Assembly: GCA_046594555.1 (NCBI GenBank)
Contig: JBKJRO010000110.1
Coordinates: 128 to 64,127, forward strand
DNA from: Solirubrobacteraceae bacterium
Lineage (GTDB): Bacteria > Actinomycetota > Thermoleophilia > Solirubrobacterales > Solirubrobacteraceae
DNA: 64,000 nt
Direction: 5' to 3'
Part shown: positions 56,638 to 64,000 of the stretch, one piece after another
Numbering within the stretch: position 1 is the first letter of the stretch
Layout of the letters: every line of letters starts with the position of its first letter
Program-made: the position numbers and the translations under genes
The notes under the pieces: model-generated
What the model was told of the DNA's origin: nothing
Seen by the model: the letters and a program-made list of their open reading frames with translations, nothing else
Database searches by the model: none

Positions 56638-58743
56638 ATGATGCGCCGCCTCGCCCTGTCAGCCGTTCTTCTGTCCTTCGCCCTCGTGCCCGCCATGGCC
56701 GGCGACGCACTGGCCGCGAACACCTGCACGTTCAACGGGTCCTCGCCGTCCCCCCTCTGGACCGACGCCGCGAACTGGAACACCTGTGGCACCTCGTCCC
56801 CCGGCCCCGCCGACGAGGCGATCATCCCGGCCGGCAAGCTCGTCTTCCTCAACAGCGATGAGGCGGTGGGCTCGCTCACGCTCGCCGGGAGCGAACTGCA
56901 GCTGTTCAGCGCGCACAAGCTCACCGTCGCGGGCACCGTCACCGTCTCCGGCGCCGCGGCCACGACGGTGTTGGGGTCCGGGACGCTCACGAGCGGCGGC
57001 ACGTTCCTCAAGCAGGACGCAGGGACCCTGACGATCTCCCCGGGGATCACGCTCGCCCTGCTCGCGCCGTGGTCGCAGACCGGGGGCCAGATCACCGTCG
57101 ACGCGACGGGCACGGCGATCGGCCAGATCACGGGCGGCAGCACCGGCACGATCTCGGGCGGCGCGCTCCTGGTCAACAGCAAGGTCACGAGCTCGCTGGT
57201 GCTCACAACCGCTGCGCAGCTCGCCGGCACCGGCAGCATCACCGGCACGCTGACGAACACCTCCGGGACGATCCGGCCGGGCAATGCGACCACGCCGGCC
57301 GGGAAGCTCACGGTCACCGGACCGTTCATCCAGGGCGCGGCGGGGACGATCGACGTGACCCTGACCAACACCGGTGCCTTCGACGTGCTCTCCGTCAGCG
57401 GCGCAGCGACGCTCGGCGGCACCGTCAACGTCAGCGCCGCGGGCGTCACGCCGCTGATCACCGACGAGTTCCGGTTCCTGCCCGCGGCATCGACCGGCGG
57501 GACGCAGTTCGCAGCGCTGACCGGTTCGACGTCCCCCGTCGGGGTCTACCAGCTCAACTACGCCCCGCCGGGGGCCGCGGGCGCCCGGCTTCTGCTCCAG
57601 CCACCCGTGAAACCCGAGCTCGTGTCGCCGTTCTCCGGCCCGACGCTCACGCCGAGCGGCGCGCTGGAGCCCGGGGCCTCGCTGACCTGCAACCCGGGGA
57701 CGTGGACCGGCAACCCGAAGTACGCCTACGCCTGGCTGCGCGACGACTCCGAGATCGCCGGGCAGACGGGGTCCGTCTACGTCCTGACGATTGCCGACGG
57801 CCTCAAGCACATGACCTGCCGCGTGACCGCGACGGCGACCGGCGGCAGCACCGACGCCGTCAGCGGGGCGCTCGTGACGGAGGGCATCGCGCCGGTCAAC
57901 ACGGCGCTCCCGACGACCACGCCGGGCTCCGCCGCCGGCGACGTGGTGACGTGCTCGCCTGGAAGCTGGGCCGCCGCGCCGGCGCCCGGCTTCACGTACC
58001 TCTGGCTGCGCGACGGCTACGTGATCGTCGGGGAGGACACGCCGACCTACACGATCACCTCGACCGACGTCGGCACGGGGATCTCGTGCCTGGTCACCGC
58101 CGACAACCCCGCCGGCAACAAGGCGGCCGAGAGCAAGCGGCTCGTGATCCCGGCCGTCGCCCCGTTCAACGCGGCGCTCCCCGCGCTGACGGGCAACGGC
58201 AAGCTCGGCGGCACGCTGTCCTGCGACACCGGCACGTGGACGGGCACGCCGAGGCCGACGTTCACCTACGAGTGGCTCCGGGCCGGGCAGCCGATCGACG
58301 GCGAGACGCAGCCGACATACGATCTCGTCTTTGCGGACGGCAACCGCGCGATCACGTGTCGCATCACGGCGACGAACCTCGCCGGCAATGCGCAAGCCGT
58401 CAGCAAGCCGGTCAAGGCCAACAAGAACACCGAGCAGCTGTTCAACTCCCGCGGGTTCGACAAGATCGCCACGGCGATCGGCATGCCTGCGGCGAAGGGC
58501 TGCATGCGCCCGCGCACGTTCACGATCACGATGCGAGCGCCGTCCGGCGTGTCGTTCAAGTCGATCGCGACGAAGGTCGCGGGCCGCAAGAACAAGACCG
58601 TGAAGTCGGGATCGAAGTTCAGGACGACGATCAGCGTCCGCGCGCTGAAGAACCGCAAGCTCAAGAAGTTCACGGTGTCGGTGACGATCAAGACGACGAC
58701 GCCGATCACGATCCACGCGAAGCGGACCTACAAGATCTGCTGA
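56638..58743 (+). CDS. Secreted surface protein: autotransporter-like beta-strand repeats plus three Ig-like repeats and a Lys/Arg-rich C-terminal domain
   Basis: Signal peptide MMRRLALSAVLLSFALVPAMAGDALA and GSGTLTSGGTFLKQDAGTLTI-type repeats. Three modules of about 90 aa each carry a C...C pair. Confidence 0.8.
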   Translation: MMRRLALSAVLLSFALVPAMAGDALAANTCTFNGSSPSPLWTDAANWNTCGTSSPGPADEAIIPAGKLVFLNSDEAVGSLTLAGSELQLFSAHKLTVAGTVTVSGAAATTVLGSGTLTSGGTFLKQDAGTLTISPGITLALLAPWSQTGGQITVDATGTAIGQITGGSTGTISGGALLVNSKVTSSLVLTTAAQLAGTGSITGTLTNTSGTIRPGNATTPAGKLTVTGPFIQGAAGTIDVTLTNTGAFDVLSVSGAATLGGTVNVSAAGVTPLITDEFRFLPAASTGGTQFAALTGSTSPVGVYQLNYAPPGAAGARLLLQPPVKPELVSPFSGPTLTPSGALEPGASLTCNPGTWTGNPKYAYAWLRDDSEIAGQTGSVYVLTIADGLKHMTCRVTATATGGSTDAVSGALVTEGIAPVNTALPTTTPGSAAGDVVTCSPGSWAAAPAPGFTYLWLRDGYVIVGEDTPTYTITSTDVGTGISCLVTADNPAGNKAAESKRLVIPAVAPFNAALPALTGNGKLGGTLSCDTGTWTGTPRPTFTYEWLRAGQPIDGETQPTYDLVFADGNRAITCRITATNLAGNAQAVSKPVKANKNTEQLFNSRGFDKIATAIGMPAAKGCMRPRTFTITMRAPSGVSFKSIATKVAGRKNKTVKSGSKFRTTISVRALKNRKLKKFTVSVTIKTTTPITIHAKRTYKIC
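57613..58413 (+). repeat. Three tandem coding repeats of about 270 nt (Ig-like modules)
   Basis: Modules start at 57613, 57889 and 58159. Shared pattern: C-x-x-G-[TS]-W-x(4,6)-P-x(3)-[FY]-x-[YW]-x-W-L-R ... Y-x-[LI] ... C-x-[VI]-T-A. Confidence 0.8.
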
Positions 58744-58780
58744 GCAGCGGTCGCCGCGCGACCCCGTCACGCGACCGCGG

Positions 58781-59059
58781 CTACAGCTGGCCCGAGAGGC
58801 TGATCACGAGCCACACCAGCGCCCCGATGCCGAGCGCGCGGCGCAGCCAGTTGACGCCGTCGACCGCCTCCAGCCACGCCCAGACGGCCAGGCCGAGAAT
58901 CGCGATCGCGCGTCCGGCGTCATGGGCGTCGCCCGCGGTCAGCGCCGCCAGGAGGGACCCGGCGAACGACAGCAGCAGCGGCGGATTGGGGAACTGCGCC
59001 AGCGGGAAGCTGCGCGGCCAGCCCTCCTGCCCGCGGCGCCAGAGCTCGGCGCCGCTCAC
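58781..59059 (-). CDS. Small membrane protein, hypothetical
   Basis: The GTG at 59059 overlaps the upstream gene's stop (GTGA). 92 aa with three hydrophobic segments. Confidence 0.55.
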   Translation of the reverse strand: MSGAELWRRGQEGWPRSFPLAQFPNPPLLLSFAGSLLAALTAGDAHDAGRAIAILGLAVWAWLEAVDGVNWLRRALGIGALVWLVISLSGQL

Positions 59060-60183
59060 CCGAACCAGCGCGCCCGGCGGCTCGAGCCGAAGCGCTGCTT
59101 GTCGGCCACGAGCGCGTCCGATGGCGCCTGGAAGGTGCCGGTCGGCGACGGCCCCCCGAGAAAGTCGACGTCGACGCGGCCGACCCGGCCGCCCCCGAAC
59201 TCGATGTAGCACGAGCCCCGCCCCGCGTAGCCCGCCGGCGGTTCGCCGCCGCGGGCCCGGGCGATGATCGCCTCGGCCACGACCCGGGCCGCGCCCTCGG
59301 CGAACACACCCGCCTTGGGAACGCCGACGGTCGCGACGTCGCCGACCGCGTACACGCCCGGGTACGAGGTCTCCAGCGTGCGCGAGTCGACCGGGATGTA
59401 GCCGTCCTGCGTCATGCCGCTCGCGATCACGACGTCCGGCGCGCGGTGCTTGGGCACGCCGAGGAACAGGTCGTACGGCAGCTCGCGGTCGTCGTCGAGC
59501 ACGACCACCCCGCGGGCGCCGTCGAGCGACCGCACGCGCGGACCGCCGACGTAGGTGATGTCACGCTCGGCGAACGCCTCGAGCAGCGCGGCGGAGGTGT
59601 CCGGCGAGGGCGGGACCGGGATGCCGAAGGGGATCACGACGGTGATCGAGCACGCATCCCGCACACCGCGCGTCACCAGGTCCTCGTGCAGCAGCAGCGC
59701 GCACTCGCTCGGCGCCGGCGGGCACTTGAACGGCGCGTCGCAGACGCCGATCACGGCGTGGCCGCTCGTGAACGCGGGCAGGATGTGCGACAGCCGCTCG
59801 GCGCCCGCGACGGAGTAGAACTCGTTGCCGTGCTCGGCCAGCCCGGGCGTCGCGTCGAGGTCGTAGTCGGCGCCGAGCGCGATGACGAGGACGTCCGCCT
59901 CGTAGGTGCCGCCGTCCGTCGTGACGCGCCTGGCATCCGGGTCGATCGCCGTGATCGTCTCGTGGACGAAGCGCACCCCCTCCTTGCCGAGATCGCGGTA
60001 GGGCAGGCCGACCTCGTCGAGGGTCTCGCGGCCGAACAGCACGTCGAGCTTCGCGTAGCCGAAGACGAACGCGTCGCCCTTGTCGATCAGCGTGACGTCG
60101 GCGTCCGGGCCGAACGCCTCGGACAGCGTGGTGGCGAGTTCGAGGCCGCCGAAGCCGGCGCCGAGGATCAGAACGCGGGTCAT
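59056..60183 (-). CDS. FAD-dependent pyridine nucleotide-disulfide oxidoreductase (sulfide:quinone reductase / type II NADH dehydrogenase-like)
   Basis: 375 aa counted from MTRVLILGAGFGGLE. FKCPPAPSE and YAVGDVA. The upstream part of ORF 59056..61029 is shadow. Confidence 0.85.
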   Translation of the reverse strand: MTRVLILGAGFGGLELATTLSEAFGPDADVTLIDKGDAFVFGYAKLDVLFGRETLDEVGLPYRDLGKEGVRFVHETITAIDPDARRVTTDGGTYEADVLVIALGADYDLDATPGLAEHGNEFYSVAGAERLSHILPAFTSGHAVIGVCDAPFKCPPAPSECALLLHEDLVTRGVRDACSITVVIPFGIPVPPSPDTSAALLEAFAERDITYVGGPRVRSLDGARGVVVLDDDRELPYDLFLGVPKHRAPDVVIASGMTQDGYIPVDSRTLETSYPGVYAVGDVATVGVPKAGVFAEGAARVVAEAIIARARGGEPPAGYAGRGSCYIEFGGGRVGRVDVDFLGGPSPTGTFQAPSDALVADKQRFGSSRRARWFG

Positions 60184-60282
60184 GTTGCGAGCATATGTCA
60201 GCGCTGCACGCGGGCGGTCAGCGTGGAACAGCGCTCTGGGCTGCACGGCGATGAACGTGCGCGGCGGATAGGGTCGCTCGCC

Positions 60283-61083
60283 ATGCAGATCCATGCCCTC
60301 AGCACCGGGACCGTCCGGCTCAAGGAGGCGTTTCTGTTCGCCGCCTCGGGGCCGGCCCGCCAGCCGCGTCTGTTCCTTCCCGGGCCGTTCAGCGAGCCGA
60401 TGCCGATCCACGTCTGGGTCGTCGAGCACGACGGCCGCCGGCTGCTCGTCGACACGGGCGAGACCGCCGGCGTACGCGACATCCCGTTCGCGCACTTCCA
60501 GGTCGGGCCGGGCGACGAGCTGCCGCCGATGCTCGCGACGATCGGGCTGACGGTGGACGATCTCGACGAGGTCGTGCTGACACACCTGCACGGAGATCAC
60601 GTCGACGGTGCCGTTCACCTGAGGCGGCCCGTCCTGGCCCACGAGCCCGAGATCGCGTTCGCCCACTCGGCGATGTCCCGCGTCTTCCAGAAGGTGCTGC
60701 GCCAGCCGCTCCCGGAGGGCGTCGACTACCGGCCGTTCCGGCTCGACGGCGGCCCGTTCGGCGCCTTCGCCGCCAGCCGCCGGCTGAGCGACGACGGCCG
60801 GATCCTGGCCGTCGCCACCCCGGGGCACACGCCCGGACACATCTCCGTCCTCTGCATCGACGACGAGGGCCGCCACGTGCTGCTCGCCGGCGACACGACC
60901 GACTCGCTCGAGCAACTCCACGCGCGCCGCACCGACGCGATCGCCCCCAAGCCGAAGGTCTACGTCCAGACGATCGACCGCATCCTGGCCCACGCCCGCG
61001 ACCACCCGACCGTCTACCTGCCCAGCCACGACCCCGAGTCGGTCGCGCGGCTGCGGGACGGGACGACGGTCGTCTCAACCTGA
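60283..61083 (+). CDS. MBL-fold metallo-hydrolase (N-acyl homoserine lactonase-like)
   Basis: 266 aa counted from MQIHALSTG. HLHGDH zinc motif, ATPGHTPGH and LLAGD. Confidence 0.85.
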   Translation: MQIHALSTGTVRLKEAFLFAASGPARQPRLFLPGPFSEPMPIHVWVVEHDGRRLLVDTGETAGVRDIPFAHFQVGPGDELPPMLATIGLTVDDLDEVVLTHLHGDHVDGAVHLRRPVLAHEPEIAFAHSAMSRVFQKVLRQPLPEGVDYRPFRLDGGPFGAFAASRRLSDDGRILAVATPGHTPGHISVLCIDDEGRHVLLAGDTTDSLEQLHARRTDAIAPKPKVYVQTIDRILAHARDHPTVYLPSHDPESVARLRDGTTVVST

Positions 61084-61167
61084 TCATCCCGTCTGAAAGA
61101 GTCCAAGAAGAGCGAGAGCCCAGCTCGCCGCGATGGCAGGACGCGGCGGCAGGCCCAGTCGCGGATC

Positions 61168-61542
61168 GTGGAAACCGCGACCGCGAACCGCTGCGCTGCT
61201 GTGGCGCGCTCGGCGGCGAGCCGACCGGCGCGGCATCGCTCAGGCGGAGTTGAACGTCACTGCTTGTGTAGACCTCACGTCGCCAGCATCACGCTCCCGC
61301 TGGCCACACCGATCCAGCCGATCGCGATCCGCGCGTCGGCCTCGTGCTCGTCGATCACCAGGGGGAAGATCGTCGCCACCGTGCGGCCCTCGACACGCGG
61401 CGCGTTCACCGCTCGTTTCATCCTCCCGGCGAGCCAGAGCGTCGTCTACCTGCGGGCCGAGACGAAGGTCCGCAAGAACACCAGCAGCAAGAAGACGTTC
61501 CCCAGCTTCACCCTGATCCGAGGCCTAACGCTCGGAGGCTGA
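61168..61542 (+). pseudogene. Possible decayed gene remnant in a lower-GC, poorly coding stretch
   Basis: Only the last 60 codons or so (GKIVATVRPSTRGAFTARFILPASQSVVYLRAETKVRKNTSSKKTFPSFTL) look protein-like, resembling C-terminal domains of secreted proteins in composition only. The upstream part is Arg/Ala junk. Confidence 0.25.
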
Positions 61543-61726
61543 GGACGGCGTCGCAGGCCGCACTGGCACGCGCGGGCGAGATCGCCTGCAACCTGGTCGA
61601 GGCCGGCTACGACGTACAGGACCTCGACCACGAGTTGCGTCGCCATCTGCACCATGACCCGAGCGGCTGAGCCCAGCCGATCGAGCTCGCGCAACAGCTC
61701 GCGAGCGCTGTAGGGCCCTGGCTGCG

Positions 61727-62941
61727 CTACCTGTCGGTGAGCCCGCGAATGCGGGACGCGATCTCTCGTGCCGCCTCGTTGTCGTGTTCCGGCGCGCTGA
61801 GGAGGGCAGTCGCCTCCGCGGAGGCTCGGGCCAGCAGTTCGTCGACGGTCCGTGCCGCGAACGCGGGCCGGTAGCCGGCATCGCCTGCGAGCTTGGCCCA
61901 TGATGCAGGATCCACCTCGTCGATCGATCGCGCGGCGCCGATGCTCATCGCGAGCCGCTTGGTCAGCTCCGGGTAGACGACGGTGCTGACGATGTCGTAG
62001 AGCGGCGAAAGCGTTGGCGCGCCCTTGTCGTAGAGCAGTGAGTAGTTCTTGCCGTGCGCGTCGCAGTTGCCGACGATCCAGCTGAAGGCGACCGCGCGGA
62101 GGAATCGCGGCAGTTCCTGAGCGGGGACGGGTGTGCACCGGCGGATCAGGTCGGCACACTGCGCCACCGTCGGGCCGCCTTCCTGCTCGTACTTCTTGTC
62201 CGCCCGCACACCGAGCGCCTGGCAGAAGTCTTCCTGATGCAGTCGCCGAATCGGATCGGTCGTCAGGTCGCGGTCGTAGCGCTCGATGATCAGGTAGGGC
62301 TCCCCGGTCGTCGTAACCGCCTTCCTCACGGCGGCGACCGGCAGCTCGCAGGCGCGCGCCAGCGCCATGCAGAATCCCTCGTTGTCGACGAGGCCGGGGA
62401 AGCGTTGCGGTCCTGGCTTGAGGATGTGAGTCGTGGGGGCGCCTGAGTTGGTGGGCAGTGCCATCGTCCCGTCGTCGCTGATGATGATCGGGACCTTCGG
62501 CTGCGCGCCTGCCAGCGAGAGCCGAATCCCCTGTTCTGCGTCAGCTGCGAGAGGGCGTTGCGGGAGCTCTCGGAGCACCTGCGCGAGCCGCTGATCATCC
62601 AGCGGCTCTGACGCGGGCTCGGTCGGTGGCTCAACGTCCGGCCCCAGCAGCGTGATCGCCCCGGCGACATCACCACCCACCTGCTCCAAGAGTCCGTAGT
62701 CGTTGCCCTCCGACAGCCCGAGGTTGCGAGCAAGGACATGGCGGACATCGCCTTCGGGCAGGAGGCCGCCGAACACCGCGCGCGCGACCTGATGTCCGTG
62801 CGCGCGCGCCTGGACAGGCAAGGATTGTGAGATGGACGGGCCCTCGTAGCCGGCGTCGTAGCGGAACTGGAGGTTGCCGTTGGCTTTGCGGATCAGCTCG
62901 CCGACTCGCCGGCCTGCGATCCAGACCACCAGCTTGCTCAC
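61727..62941 (-). CDS. hipA: Type II toxin HipA-family serine/threonine kinase
   Basis: N-terminal LVVWIAGRRVGEL...LPEGDVR and the catalytic region IVGNCDAHGKNYSLLY. The GTG start overlaps the hipB stop (GTGA). Confidence 0.92.
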   Translation of the reverse strand: MSKLVVWIAGRRVGELIRKANGNLQFRYDAGYEGPSISQSLPVQARAHGHQVARAVFGGLLPEGDVRHVLARNLGLSEGNDYGLLEQVGGDVAGAITLLGPDVEPPTEPASEPLDDQRLAQVLRELPQRPLAADAEQGIRLSLAGAQPKVPIIISDDGTMALPTNSGAPTTHILKPGPQRFPGLVDNEGFCMALARACELPVAAVRKAVTTTGEPYLIIERYDRDLTTDPIRRLHQEDFCQALGVRADKKYEQEGGPTVAQCADLIRRCTPVPAQELPRFLRAVAFSWIVGNCDAHGKNYSLLYDKGAPTLSPLYDIVSTVVYPELTKRLAMSIGAARSIDEVDPASWAKLAGDAGYRPAFAARTVDELLARASAEATALLSAPEHDNEAAREIASRIRGLTDR

Positions 62942-63153
62942 GGGCCGCGCTCCTCGAGCCTCACGTCCAGGCCTACGGCCTCAGCAACACGCAGAGCGAT
63001 GCTCAGCTGAACGGAGGACTTGCCACGCTCCAGTTCGCCGATCACGCGGCGGTTGACGCCGACGACGTCGGCGACTGCGCCCTGGCTCAGGCCCAGGTGT
63101 TGGCGGCGGCCGCGGATGCGCTGACCGAAGATGACTGTTGTCGCGTGGTTCAT
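62938..63153 (-). CDS. hipB: XRE-family HTH antitoxin (HipB-like)
   Basis: 71 aa from MNHATTVIFGQRIRGRRQHLGLSQGAVADVVGVNRRVIGELERGK. Confidence 0.85.
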   Translation of the reverse strand: MNHATTVIFGQRIRGRRQHLGLSQGAVADVVGVNRRVIGELERGKSSVQLSIALRVAEAVGLDVRLEERGP

Positions 63154-63248
63154 GGTACCGATCGGTAACACTATCACCTCATCCAGCGTGATGGTACCGC
63201 TCGGTATCAGCAGCCCATGCTTCCTGCGCCTGGATACCGATCGGTATC
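63154..63248. promoter_or_regulatory. Three phased palindromic boxes TACCG(A/C)TCGGTA, candidate HipB operators
   Basis: Boxes at 63156..63167, 63195..63206 (one centre mismatch) and 63235..63246. The last sits within the perfect 16-bp palindrome GATACCGATCGGTATC at 63233..63248. Spacing is 39 and 40 bp, directly upstream of hipB. Confidence 0.6.
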
Positions 63249-63443
63249 AGGTACCAGGTCACGGCGCCGCCGCTGCCAGCGCGTGCAAGGAGCCTCCCTG
63301 CCGTATGAGCGCTTGCCCATGCCCGCACGATGTCGCGCCAGATCCGAAGTCACCCCCGTGAATGTGGAACCACATTGGACCACGGAGACGGCCCAAACGT
63401 CCCAGAACGAGCAACCCCCCTGCCCGGAGCGCCCGCGCCGGGC

Positions 63444-64000
63444 ATGCTGCTCGCCGGAACGAATCTGCGACGCCTCGGACAAGCGTCGCGCCGCACCCGC
63501 CTGATCCTCGGCTTCACACTGTGGTTCAGCGTCCGCACGCTCGTCGCGATCAGCGCCTTCGCGTTCCTCGTGGCCGTCGCGCGCGACCATCCGGCACTGC
63601 GCGAACTCACGGTGTGGTCACTGGCCGCCGTCGGCGCAATCCTGACCCTCCTCGTCACAGCCCGGATGGCCAGCCGGCCACAGACAGCCCACCGAACGGC
63701 GCAACTCTTCGGACGCCTGCGGATGAACCGGCCGCGACCTCCCGCCGACGCGACCCGCGACGCGGCCGCCGCGTGGTACGCCGGAGCGCGCGAGGTCGTC
63801 GGCACTCCCGCCAACCGCGCGCTCCTCGTCGCCATTGCCGCCGGCTCATGGCTGGCTGACGCCGCCTGTCTGCGCCTCGCCCTCGCCGCTGCCGGCGTGA
63901 GCGTCGACGTGGACATCCTGCTGCTCGTCTACGTCGCCGGGATGTTCATCTCCGCCCTGCCGCTACTGCCCGGCGGCGTCGGCGGCGTCGAAGCCGCGAT
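63444..64000 (+). CDS. Flippase-like / lysylphosphatidylglycerol synthase TM-region family membrane protein (3' partial, runs off window)
   Basis: My own translation of the third plus frame is open from 63309 to the window end. Several hydrophobic helices and LPLLPGGVGGVEAA (PGGxGxxE motif). The start is ATG 63444 or ATG 63330. Confidence 0.6.
   Translation, partial: MLLAGTNLRRLGQASRRTRLILGFTLWFSVRTLVAISAFAFLVAVARDHPALRELTVWSLAAVGAILTLLVTARMASRPQTAHRTAQLFGRLRMNRPRPPADATRDAAAAWYAGAREVVGTPANRALLVAIAAGSWLADAACLRLALAAAGVSVDVDILLLVYVAGMFISALPLLPGGVGGVEAA

Noticed and set aside
61446-62159. 237-aa minus-strand ORF overlapping the 3' part of hipA and the adjacent spacer.
   Set aside because: It is out of frame with the well-supported hipA, Arg-rich and without motifs. 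Only its last codons fall in non-coding DNA.

Overview
Very GC-rich chromosomal segment with third codon positions almost entirely G/C and dense coding on both strands. By inference it comes from a high-GC Actinomycetota-type genome, possibly Thermoleophilia-like. I support about 60 protein-coding genes and found no rRNA, tRNA, CRISPR array, transposase, integrase or phage genes. Most content is housekeeping or metabolic:
- typA.
- A cupredoxin / ECF sigma / anti-sigma operon.
- A gnd-zwf-tal-pgi pentose-phosphate operon with overlapping stop/start codons.
- murB.
- A sulfatase-SDR pair.
- A secreted GH1 / PAP2 / cyclase group.
- A TetR-controlled BVMO / acyl-CoA ligase pair.
- An SNF2 helicase.
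- A 2-oxoacid:ferredoxin oxidoreductase operon ending in a GltD-like/ferredoxin fusion.
- Two c-di-GMP turnover proteins (GGDEF-EAL and CHASE2/HD-GYP).
- ApbE / ferredoxin reductase / ferredoxin.
- A CoA-transferase.
- hipBA at the 3' end.

Many long ORFs in the supplied track are antisense or out-of-frame shadows typical of high-GC DNA, and I rejected them. Gene starts were re-derived from the ORF track by residue counting. Ten gene junctions use ATGA/GTGA-type overlaps.

Items most worth a second look:
1. A tightly coupled module of a Rieske protein, a protein with 18 tandem nonapeptide repeats (RIDIDxLVx, 27-bp DNA period) and an RDD membrane protein (54650..56550). I cannot assign it a function.
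2. A palindromic intergenic repeat present at 1..88 and 28482..28596 in inverted orientation. It sits inside a 347-bp non-coding insert flanked by a 28-bp duplication of the 3' end of the GltD-like gene.
3. The oxidoreductase operon, whose delta-ferredoxin subunit is replaced by a GltD-like flavoprotein/ferredoxin fusion.
4. The SNF2 helicase, which has a HARP-like N-terminus and is translationally coupled to a DUF202 membrane protein.
5. A degenerate P-loop protein / beta-helix-FecR-like secreted protein / CHASE2-HD-GYP operon.
6. hipBA with three phased TACCGATCGGTA operators next to a decayed, lower-GC stretch.

Novelty cannot be established without database searches. All family assignments come from motif recognition by eye.
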